NCBI RefSeq assembly: GCF_964355755.1
Contig: NC_092676.1
Coordinates: 12,510,771 to 12,574,770, forward strand
Source: Antedon mediterranea
Taxonomy: Eukaryota; Animalia; Echinodermata
DNA length: 64,000 nt
Direction of reading: 5' to 3'
Positions 1-11,475 of the stretch are shown piece after piece (within the stretch, counting starts at the first letter, position 1; each line of letters begins with the position of its first letter). The notes beneath the pieces are model-generated. The model saw only the letters and a list, made by a program, of their open reading frames with translations, ran no database searches and was not told where the DNA came from. The position numbers and the translations under genes are program-made.

Positions 1-165
1 AAAAACATCAAGGTGCTTAAAATCACATTTGAAACCGTTTTAGACCACTTTGAGCATTTCGATAAAACTTTTCACACAAAAAAATCAAAGTGCACAAAAT
101 AGCTTCAAATCGCATTTGGAGACGTTTTAGACTATTTTGTGCATTTTGAAAAAATTTGTTAACAT

Positions 166-253
166 AAAAAGACCAAAGTGTTTAGAATATCTCCAAATCG
201 CATTTGGAGACGTTTTAAACCATTTTGTGCATTTCGATGGAACTTGGTTACAC
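166..253 (+). repeat. Representative 88-bp monomer class beginning aaaaagaccaaagtgtttagaatatctcc (module boundary marker)
   Basis: Distinct 5' sequence, preceded by a monomer ending tgttaacat. It recurs at 680, 1106, 1776 and throughout. Confidence 0.92.
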
Positions 254-330
254 AAAAACATCAAAGTGCTTAAAATCACATTTAAAACCGTTTTAGAGCA
301 TTTTGAGCATTTCGATAAAACTTTTCACAC
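254..330 (+). repeat. Representative 77-bp monomer class (10-bp deletion derivative)
   Basis: aagtgcttaaaatcac aligns to aagtg[tacaaaatag]cttcaaatcgc with a 10-bp gap. It almost always follows an 88-bp monomer ending aacttggttacac. Confidence 0.93.
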
Positions 331-417
331 AAAAACATCAAAGTGTACAAAATAGCTTCAAATCGCATTTAGAGAGGTTTTAGACCATTTTGTGCATTTC
401 GATAAAACTTTACACAC
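331..417 (+). repeat. Representative full-length 87-bp monomer
   Basis: aaaaacatcaaagtgtacaaaatagcttcaaatcgcatttagagaggttttagaccattttgtgcatttcgataaaactttacacac; the next monomer starts at 418. Confidence 0.95.
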
Positions 418-504
418 AAAAACATCAAAGTGTACAAAATAGCTTCAAATCGCATTTAGAGAGGTTTTAGACCATTTTGTGCATTTCGATAAAACTTTTC
501 ACAC

Positions 505-591
505 AAAAACATCAAATTGCACAAAATAGCTTAATATCGTGTTTGAAAACGTTTTAAACCATTTTGAGCATGTCGATAAAACTTTTCACAC
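505..591 (+). repeat. Representative diverged 87-bp monomer class (aattgcac...cttaata[t/c]cgtgtttgaaa...gcatgtcgat)
   Basis: Diagnostic co-occurring variants aattgcac, cttaatatcgtgtttg, aaaccatt and gcatgtc. It is usually followed by a monomer containing cacagaat. Confidence 0.9.
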
Positions 592-3500
592 AAAAATATC
601 AAAGCGCACAGAATATCTTCAAATCGCATTTAGAGACGTTTTAGACCATTTTGTGCATTTCGAAAAAATTTGTTAACATAAAATGACCAAAGTGTTTAGA
701 ATATCTCCAAATCGCATTTGGAGACGTTTTAGACCATTTTGTGCATTTCGATGAAACTTGATTACACAAAAACATCAAAGTGCTTAAAATCACATTTAAA
801 ACCGTTTTAGAGCGTTTTGAGCATTTCGATAAACTTTTCACACAAAAACATCAAAGTGCACAAAATAGCTTCAAATCGCATTTAGAGATGTTTTAGACCA
901 TTTTGTGCATTTCGATAAAACTTTTCACACAAAAACATCAAATTGCACAAAAAAGCTTAATACCGTGTTTGAAATCGTTTTAAACCAATTTCAGCATGTC
1001 GAAAAAACTTTTCACACAAAAACATCAAAGTGCACAGAATATCTTCAAATCGCATTTAGAGACGTTTTAGACCATTTTGTGCATTTCGAAAAAATTTGTT
1101 AACATAAAAAGACCAAAGTGTTTAGAATATCTCCAAATCGCATTTGGAGACGTTTTAGACCATTTTGTGCATTTCGATGAAACTTGGTTACACAAAAACA
1201 TCAAAGTGCTTAAAATCACATTTGAAACCGTTTTAGAGCATTTTGAGCATTTCGATAAAACTTTTCACACAAAAACATCAAAGTGTACAAAATAGCTTCA
1301 AATCACATTTGAAACCGTTTTAGACCATTTTGAGTATTTCGATAAAACTTTTCACACAAAAACATCAAAGTGTACAAAATAGCTTCAAATCGCATTTGGA
1401 GACGTTTTAGACCATTTTGTGCATTTCGATGAAACTTGGTTACACAAAAACATCAAAGTGCTTAAAATCACATTTGAAACCGTTTTAGAGCATTTTTAGC
1501 ATTTCGATAATACTTTTCACACAAAAACATCAAGGTGTACAAAATAGCTTCAAATCGCATTTGGAGACGTTTTAGACCATTTTGTGCATTTCGATGAAAC
1601 TTGGTTACACAAAAACATCAAAGTGCTTAAAATCACATTTGAAATCGTTTTAGACCATTTTGAGCATTTCGATAAAACTTTTCACACAAAAAAATCAAAG
1701 TGCACAAAATACCTTCAAATCGCATTTGGAGACGTTTTAGACTATTTTGTGCATTTCGAAAAAATTTGTTAACATAAAAAGACCAAAGTGTTTAGAATAT
1801 CTCCAAATCGCATTTGGAGACGTTTTAAATCATTTTGTGCATTTCGATGGAACTTGGTTACACAAAAACATCAAAGTGCTTAAAATCACATTTAAAACCG
1901 TTTTAGAGCATTTTGAGCATTTCGATAAAACTTTTCACACAAAAACATCAAAGTGTACAAAATAGCTTCAAATCGCATTTAGAGAGGTTTTAGACCATTT
2001 TGTGCATTTCGATAAAACTTTACACACAAAAACATCAAAGTGTACAAAATAGCTTCAAATCGCATTTAGAGACGTTTTAGACCATTTTGTGCATTTCGAT
2101 AAAACTTTTCACACAAAAACATCAAATTGCACAAAATAGCTTAATATCGTGTTTGAAAACGTTTTAAACCATTTTGAGCATGTCGATAAAACTTTTCACA
2201 CAAAAATATCAAAGTGCACAGAATATCTTCAAATCGCATTTAGAGACGTTTTAGACCATTTTGTGCATTTCGAAAAAATTTGTTAACATAAAAAGACCAA
2301 AGTGTTTAGAATATCTCCAAATCGCATTTGGAGACGTTTTAGACCATTTTGTGCATTTCGATGAAACTTGGTTACATAAAAACATCAAAGTGCTTAAAAT
2401 CACATTTAAAACCGTTTTAGAGCGTTTTGAGCATTTCGATAAACTTTTCACACAAAAACATCAAAGTGCACAAAATAGCTTCAAATCGCATTTAGAGATG
2501 TTTTAGACCATTTTGTGCATTTCGAAAAAACTTTTCACACAAAAACATCAAATTGCACACAATAGCTTAATACCGTGTGTGAAATCGTTTTAAACCATTT
2601 TGAGCATGTCGATAAAACTTTTCACACAAAAACATCAAAGTGCACAGAATATCTTCAAATCGCATATAGAGACGTTTTAGACCATTTTGTGCATTTCGAA
2701 AAAATTTTTTAACATTAAAAGACCAATGTGTTTAGAATATCTCCAAATCGCATTTGGAGACGTTTTAGACCATTTTGTGCATTTCGATGAAACTTGGTTA
2801 CACAAAAACATCAAAGTGCTTAAAATCACATTTGAAACCGTTTTAGAGCATTTTGAGCATTTCGATAAAACTTTTCACACAAAAACATCAAAGTGTACAA
2901 AATAGCTTCAAATCACATTTGAAACCGTTTTAGACCATTTTGAGCATTTCGATAAAACTTTTCACACAAAAACATCAAAGTGTACAAAATGGCTTCAAAT
3001 CGCATTTGGAGACGTTTTAGAGCATTTTGAGCATTTCGATAAAACTTTTCACACAAAAACATCAAAGTGTACAAAATAACTTCAAATCGCATTTAGAGAC
3101 GTTTTAGACCATTTTGTGCATTTTGATAAAACTTTTCACACAAAAACATCAAATTGCACAAAATAGCTTAATATCGTGTTTGAAAACGTTTTAAACCATT
3201 TTGAGCATGTCGATAAAACTTTTCACATAAAAATATCAAAGTGCACAGAATAGCTTCAAATCGCATTTGGAGACGTTTTAGACCATTTTGTGCATTTTGA
3301 TAAAACTTTTCACACAAAAACATCAAATTGCACAAAATAGCTTAATATCGTGTTTGAAAACGTTTTAAACCATTTTGAGCATGTCGATAAAACTTTTCAC
3401 TCAAAAATATCAAAGTGCACAGAATATCTTCAAATCGCATTTAGAGACGTTTTAGACCATTTTGTGCATTTCGAAAAAATTTGTTAACATAAAAAGACCA

Positions 3501-5441
3501 AAGTGTTTAGAATATCTCCAAATCGCATTTGGAGACGTTTTAAACCATTTTGTGCATTTCGATGGAACTTGGTTACACAAAAACATCAAAGTGCTTAAAA
3601 TCACATTTAAAACCGTTTTAGAGCATTTTGAGCATTTCGATAAAACTTTTCACACAAAAACATCAAAGTGTACAAAATAGCTTCAAATCGCATTTAGAGA
3701 GGTTTTAGACCATTTTGTGCATTTCGATAAAACTTTACACACAAAAACATCAAAGTGTACAAAATAGCTTCAAATCGCATTTAGAGACGTTTTAGACCAT
3801 TTTGTGCATTTCGATAAAACTTTTCACACAAAAACATCAAATTGCACAAAATAGCTTAATATCGTGTTTAAAACCGTTTTTACCATTTTGAGCATTTCGA
3901 TAAACTTTTCACACAAAAACATCAAAGTGCACAAAATAGCTTCAAATCGCATTTAGAGATGTTTTAGAACATTTTGTGCATTTCGATAAAATTTTTCACA
4001 CAAAAACATCAAATTGCACAAAAAACCTTAATACCGTGTTTGAAATCGTTTTAAACCAATTTGAGCATGTCGATAAAACTTTTCACACAAAAACATCAAA
4101 GTGCACAGAATATCTTCAAATCGCATTTAGAGACGTTTTAGACCATTTTGGGCATTTCGATGAAACTTGGTTACACAAATACATAAAAGTGCTTAAAATC
4201 ACATTTAAAACCGTTTTAGAGCATTTTGAGCATTTCGATAAAACTTTTCACACAAAAACATCAAAGTGTACAAAATAGCTTCAAATCGCATTTAGAGAGG
4301 TTTTAGACCATTTTGTGCATTTCGATAAAACTTTTCACACAAAAACATCAAAGTGTACAAAATAACTTCAAATCGTATTTTGAGACGTTTTAGACCATTT
4401 TGTGCATTTTGATAAAACTTTTCACACAAAAACATCAAATTGCACAAAATAGCTTAATATCGTGTTTGAAAACGTTTTAAACCATTTTGAGCATGTCGAT
4501 AAAACTTTTCACACAAAAACATCAAATTGCACAAAATAGCTTAATATCGTGTTTGAAAACGTTTTAAACCATTTTGAGCATGTCGATAAAACTTTTCACA
4601 CAAAAATATCAAAGTGCACAGAATATCTTCAAATCGCATTTAGAGACGTTTTAGACCATTTTGTGCATTTCGAAAAAATTTGTTAACATAAAAAGACCAA
4701 AGTGTTTAGAATATCTCCAAATCGCATTTGGAGACGTTTTAGACCATTTTGTGTTTTTCGAAAAAACTTTTCACACAAAAACATCAAAGTGTACAAAATT
4801 GCTTCAAATCGCATTTGGAGACGTTTTAGACCATTTTGTGATTTTCGAAAAACTTTTCACACAAAAACATCAAAGTGTAGAAAATTGCTTCAAATCGCAT
4901 TTAGAGACGTTTTAGACCATTTTGTGCATTTCGAAAAAATTTGTTAACATAAAAAGACCAAAGTGTTTAGAATATTTCCAAATCGCATTTGGAGACGTTT
5001 TAGACCATTTTGTGCATTTCGATGAAACTTGGTTACACAAAAACATCAAAGTGCTTAAAATCACATTTAAAACCGTTTTAGAGCGTTTTGAGCATTTCGA
5101 TAAACTTTTCACACAAAAAAATCAAAGTGCACAAAATAGCATTTAGAGATGTTTTAGACCATTTTGTGCATTTCGATAAAACTTTTCACACAAAAACATC
5201 AAATTGCACAAAAAAGCTTAATACCGTGTTTGAAATCGTTTTAAACCAATTTGAGCATGTCGATAAAACTTTTCACACAAAAACATCAAAGTGCACAGAA
5301 TATCTTCAAATCGCATTTAGAGACGTTTTAGACCATTTTGTGCATTTCGAAAAAATTTGTTAACATAAAAAGACCAAAGTGTTTAGAATATCTCCAAATC
5401 GCATTTGGAGACGTTTTAAACCATTTTGTGCATTTCGATGG

Positions 5442-6858
5442 AACTTGGTTACACAAAAACATCAAAGTGCTTAAAATCACATTTGAAACCGTTTTAGAGC
5501 ATTTTTAGCATTTCGATAATACTTTTCACACAAAAACATCAAAGTGCACAAAATAGCTTCAAATCGCATTTAGAGATGTTTTAGACCATTTTGTGCATTT
5601 CGATAAAACTTTTCACACAAAAACATCAAATTGCACAAAATAGCTTAATACCGTGTTTGAAATCATTTTAAACCATTTTGAGCATGTCGATAAAACTTTT
5701 CACACAAAAACATCAAAGTTTTTAGAATATCTCCAAATCGCATTTGGAGACGTTTTAGACCATTTTGTGCATTTCGATGAAACTTGGTTACACAAAAACA
5801 TCAAAGTGCTTAAAATCACATTTGAAACCGTTTTAGAGCATTTTGAGCATTTCGATAAAACTTTTCAAACAAAAACATCAAAGTGTACAAAATAGCTTCA
5901 AATCACATTTGAAACCGTTTTAGACCATTTTGAGCATTTCGATAAAACTTTTCACACAAAAACATCAAAGTGTACAAAATAACTTCAAATCGCATTTGGA
6001 GACGTTTTAGACCATTTTGTGCATTTCGATAAAACTTTTCACACAAAAACATCAAATTGCACAAAATAGCTTAATATCGTGTTTAAAACCGTTTTTACCA
6101 TTTTGAGCATTTCGATAAACTTTTCACACAAAAACATCAAAGTGCTTAAAATCACATTTGAAAGCGTTTTAGAGCATTTTTAGCATTTCGATAATACTTT
6201 TCACACAAAAACATCAAAGTGTACAGAATAGCTTCAAATCGCATTTGGAGACGTTTTAGACCATTTTGTGCATTTCGATGAAACTTGGTTACACAAAAAC
6301 ATCAAAGTGCTTAAAATCACATTTGAAACCGTTTTAGAGCATTTTTAGCATTTCGATAATACTTTTCACACAAAAACATCAAAGTGCACAAAATAGCTTC
6401 AAATCGCATTTAGAGATGTTTTAGACCATTTTGTGCATTTCGATAAAACTTTTCACACAAAAACATCAAATTGCACAAAATAGCTTAATACCGTGTTTGA
6501 AATCATTTTAAACCATTTTGAGCATGTCGATAAAACTTTTCACACAAAAACATCAAAGTTTTTAGAATATTTCCAAATCGCATTTGGAGACGTTTTAGAC
6601 CATTTTGTGCATTTCGATGAAACTTGGTTACACAAAAACATCAAAGTGCTTAAAATCACATTTGAAACCGTTTTAGAGCATTTTGAGCATTTCGATAAAA
6701 CTTTTCAAACAAAAACATCAAAGTGTACAAAATAGCTTCAAATCACATTTGAAACCGTTTTAGACCATTTTGAGCATTTCGATAAAACTTTTCACACAAA
6801 AACATCAAAGTGTACAAAATAGCTTCAAATCGCATTTGGAGACGTTTTAGACCATTTT
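5442..6858 (+). repeat. Direct repeat of about 580 bp at 840-bp spacing
   Basis: ORFs 5653 and 6493. Shared rare variants aaatcatttta, aaagtttttagaat and cttttcaaac occur at +840. Boundaries are approximate. Confidence 0.8.
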
Positions 6859-7676
6859 TTGCATTTCGATGAAACTTGGTTACACAAAAACATCAAAGTG
6901 CTTAAAATCACATTTGAAACCGTTTTAGAGCATTTTGAGCATTTCGATAAAACTTTTCACACAAAAACATCAAAGTGTACAAAATAGCTTCAAATCGCAT
7001 TTAGAGACGTTTTAGACCATTTTGTGCATTTCGAAAAAATTTGTTAACATAAAAAGACCAAAGTGTTTAGAATATCTCCAAATCGCATTTGGAGACGTTT
7101 TAGACCATTTTGTGCATTTCGATGAAACTTGGTTACACAAAAACATCAAAGTGCTTAAAATCACATTTGAAACCGTTTTAGAGCATTTTTAGCATTTCGA
7201 TAATACTTTTCACACAAAAACATCAAAGTGTACAAAATAGCTTCAAATCGCATTTGGAGACGTTTTAGACCATTTTGTGCATTTCGATGAAAGTTGGTTA
7301 CACAAAAACATCAAAGTGCTTAAAATCACATTTGAAACCGTTTTAGACCATTTTGAGCATTTCGATAAAACTTTTCACACAAAAAAATCAAAGTGCACAA
7401 AATAGCTTCAAATCGCATTTGGAGACGTTTTAGACTATTTTGTGCATTTTGAAAAAATTTGTTAACATAAAAAGACCAAAGTGTTTAGAATATCTCCAAA
7501 TCGCATTTGGAGACGTTTTAAACCATTTTGTGCATTTCGATGGAACTTGGTTACACAAAAACATCAAAGTGCTTAAAATCACATTTAAAACCGTTTTAGA
7601 GCATTTTGAGCATTTCGATAAAACTTTTCACACAAAAACATCAAAGTGCACAAAATAGCTTCAAATCACATTTGAA

Positions 7677-8968
7677 ACCGTTTTAGAGCATTTTTAGCAT
7701 TTCGATAAAACTTTTCACACAAAAACATCAAAGTGTACAAAATAGCTTCAAATCGCATTTAGAGAGGTTTTAGACAATTTTGTGCATTTCGATAAAACTT
7801 TTCACACAAAAACATCAAAGTGTACAAAATAGCTTCAAATTGCATTTAGAGACGTTTTAGACCATTTTGTGCATTTCGATAAAACTTTTCACACAAAAAC
7901 ATCAAATTGCACAAAATCGTTTTAAACCATTTTAAATCGTTTTAAACCATTTTGAGCATGTCGATAAAACTTTTCACAAAAAACATCAAAGTGCACAGAA
8001 TAGCTTCAAATTGCATTTGGAGACGTTTTAGAGCATTTTGTGCATTTCGATAAAATGTGTTAACATAAAAAGACCAAAGTGTTTAGAATATCTTCAAATC
8101 ACATTTGGAGACGTTTTAGACCATTTTTTGCATTTCGATGAAACTTGGTTACACAAAAACATCAAAGTGCTTAAAATCACATTTGAAACCGTTTTAGAGC
8201 ATTTTGAGCATTTCGATAAAACTTTTCACACAAAAACATCAAAGTGTACAAAATAGCTTCAAATCGCATTTAGAGACGTTTTAGACCATTTTTTGCATTT
8301 CGATGAAACTTGGTTACACAAAAACATCAAAGTGCTTAAAATCACATTTAAAACCGTTTTAGAGCATTTTTAGCATTTCGATAAAACTTTTCACACAAAA
8401 ACATCAAAGTGTACAAAATAGCTTCAAATCGCATTTAGAGAGGTTTTAGACAATTTTGTGCATTTCGATAAAACTTTTCACACAAAAACATCAAAGTGTA
8501 CAAAATAGCTTCAAATTGCATTTAGAGACGTTTTAGACCATTTTGTGCATTTCGATAAAACTTTTCACACAAAAACATCAAATTGCACAAAATCGTTTTA
8601 AACCATTTTAAATCGTTTTAAACCATTTTGAGCATTTCGATAAAACTTTTCACAAAAAACATCAAAGTGCACAGAATAGCTTCAAATTGCATTTGGAGAC
8701 GTTTTAGAGCATTTTGTGCATTTCGATAAAATGTGTTAACATAAAAAGACCAAAGTGTTTAGAATATCTTCAAATCACATTTGGAGACGTTTTAGACCAT
8801 TTTTTGCATTTCGATGAAACTTGGTTACACAAAAACATCAAAGTGCTTAAAATCACATTTGAAACCGTTTTAGAGCATTTTGAGCATTTCGATAAAACTT
8901 TTCACACAAAAACATCAAAGTGTACAAAATAGCTTCAAATCGCATTTAGAGACGTTTTAGACCATTTT
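7677..8968 (+). repeat. Tandem duplication of a 676-bp 8-monomer module
   Basis: ORFs 8038 and 8714. The marker (aaatcgttttaaaccatttt)x2 is at 7914 and 8590. Boundaries are approximate. Confidence 0.85.
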
Positions 8969-11475
8969 GTGCATTTCGAAAAAATTTGTTAACATAAAAA
9001 GACCAAAGTGTTTAGAATATCTCCAAATCGCATTTGGAGACGTTTTAGACCATTTTGTGCATTTCGATGAAACTTGGTTACACAAAAACATCAAAGTGCT
9101 TAAAATCACATTTGAAACCGTTTTAGAACATTTTTAGCATTTCGATAATACTTTTCACACAAAAACATCAAAGTGTACAAAATAGCTTCAAATCGCATTT
9201 GGAGACGTTTTAGACCATTTTGTGCATTTCGATGAAAGTTGGTTACACAAAAACATCAAAGTGCTTAAAATCACATTTGAAACCGTTTTAGACCATTTTG
9301 AGCATTTCGATAAAACTTTTCACACAAAAAAATCAAAGTGCACAAAATAGCTTCAAATCGCATTTGGAGACGTTTTAGACTATTTTGTGCATTTTGAAAA
9401 AATTTGTTAACATAAAAAGACCAAAGTGTTTAGAATATCTCCAAATCGCATTTGGAGACGTTTTAAACCATTTTGTGCATTTCGATGGAACTTGGTTACA
9501 CAAAAACATCAAAGTGCTTAAAATCACATTTAAAACCGTTTTAGAGCATTTTGAGCATTTCGATAAAACTTTTCACACAAAAACATCAAAGTGTACAAAA
9601 TAGCTTCAAATCGCATTTAGAGACATTTTAGACCATTTTGTGCATTTCGATAAAACTTTTCACACAAAAACATCAAATTGCACAAATAGCTTAATACCGT
9701 GTTTGAAATCGTTTTAAACCATTTTGAGCATGTCGATAAAACTTTTCACAAAAAAACATCAAAGTGCACAGAATAGCTTCAAATCGCATTTGGAGACGTT
9801 TTAAACCATTTTGTGCATTTCGATAAAACTTTTCACATAAAAACAACAAAGTGTACAAAATAGCTTCAAATCGCATTTGGAGACGTTTTAGACCATTTTG
9901 TGCATTTCGATGAAACTTGGTTACACAAAAACATCAAAGTGCTTAAAATCACATTTGAAACCGTTTTAGAGCATTTTGAGCATTTCGATAAAACTTTTCA
10001 CACAAAAACATCAAAGTGTACAAAATAGCTTCAAATCACATTTGAAACCGTTTTAGACCATATTGAGCATTTCGATAAAACTTTTCACACAAAAACATCA
10101 AAGTGTACAAAATAGCTTCAAATCGCATTTGGAGACGTTTTAGACCATTTTGTGTATTTCGATGAAACTTGGTTACACAAAAACATCAAAGTGCTTAAAA
10201 TCACATTTGAAAGCGTTTTAGAGCATTTTTAGCATTTCGATAATACTTTTCACACAAAAACATCAAAGTGTACAAAATAGCTTCAAATCGCATTTGGAGA
10301 CGTTTTAGACCATTTTGTGCATTTCGATGAAACTTGGTTACACAAAAACATCAAAGTGCTTAAAATCACATTTAAAACAGTTTTAGAGCATTTTGAGCAT
10401 TTCTATAAAACTTTTCACACAAAAACATCAAAGTGTACAAAATAGCTTCAAATCGCATTTAAAGAGGTTTTAGACCATTTTGTGCATTTCGATAAAACTT
10501 TTCACACAAAAACATCAAAGTGTACAAAATAGCTTCAAATCGCATTTAGAGACGTTTTAGACCATCTTGTGCATTTCGATAAAACTTTTCACACAAAAAC
10601 ATCAAATTGCACAAAATAGCTTAATATCGTGTTTGAAAACGTTTTAAACCATTTTGAGCATGTCGATAAAACTTTTCACACAAAAATATCAAAGTGCACA
10701 GAATATCTTCAAATCGCATTTAGAGACGTTTTAGACCATTTTGTGCATTTCGAAAAAATTTGTTAACATAAAAAGACCAAAGTGTTTAGAATATCTCCAA
10801 ATCGCATTTGGAGACGTTTTAGACCATTTTGTGCATTTCAATGAAACTTGGTTACACAAAAACATCAAAGTGCTTAAAATCACATTTAAAACCGTTTTAG
10901 AGCGTTTTGAGCATTTCGATAAACTTTTCACACAAAAACATCAAAGTGCACAAAATAGCTTCAAATCGCATTTAGAGATGTTTTAGACCATTTTGTGCAT
11001 TTCGATAAAACTTTTCACACAAAAACATCAAATTGCACAAAAAAGCTTAATACCGTGTTTGAAATCGTTTTAAACCAATTTGAGCATGTCGAAAAAACTT
11101 TTCACACAAAAACATCAAAGTGCACAGAATATCTTCAAATCGCATTTAGAGACGTTTTAGACCATTTTGTGCATTTCGAAAAAATTTGTTAACATAAAAA
11201 GACCAAAGTGTTTAGAATATCTCCAAATCGCATTTGGAGACGTTTTAGACCATTTTGTGCATTTCGATGAAACTTGGTTACACAAAAACATCAAAGTGCT
11301 TAAAATCACATTTGAAACCGTTTTAGAGCATTTTGAGCATTTCGATAAAACTTTTCACACAAAAACATCAAAGTGTACAAAATAGCTTCAAATCACATTT
11401 GAAACCGTTTTAGACCATTTTGAGCATTTCGATAAAACTTTTCACACAAAAATATCAAAGTGTACAAAATAGCTT

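Larger units (their letters stand above)
166..1775 (+). repeat. 1610-bp, 19-monomer block made of 514 + 426 + 670-bp modules; partly repeated immediately downstream
   Basis: Marker monomers at 166, 680, 1106, 1776. ORF offsets 137->1747, 641->2251 and 1077->2687 all equal 1610. Confidence 0.8.

Noticed and set aside
190-216. Rho-independent terminator (stem-loop followed by a T run)
   Set aside because: The stem is AT-rich, the T run is short, there is no upstream gene, and the motif is simply part of a satellite monomer class.
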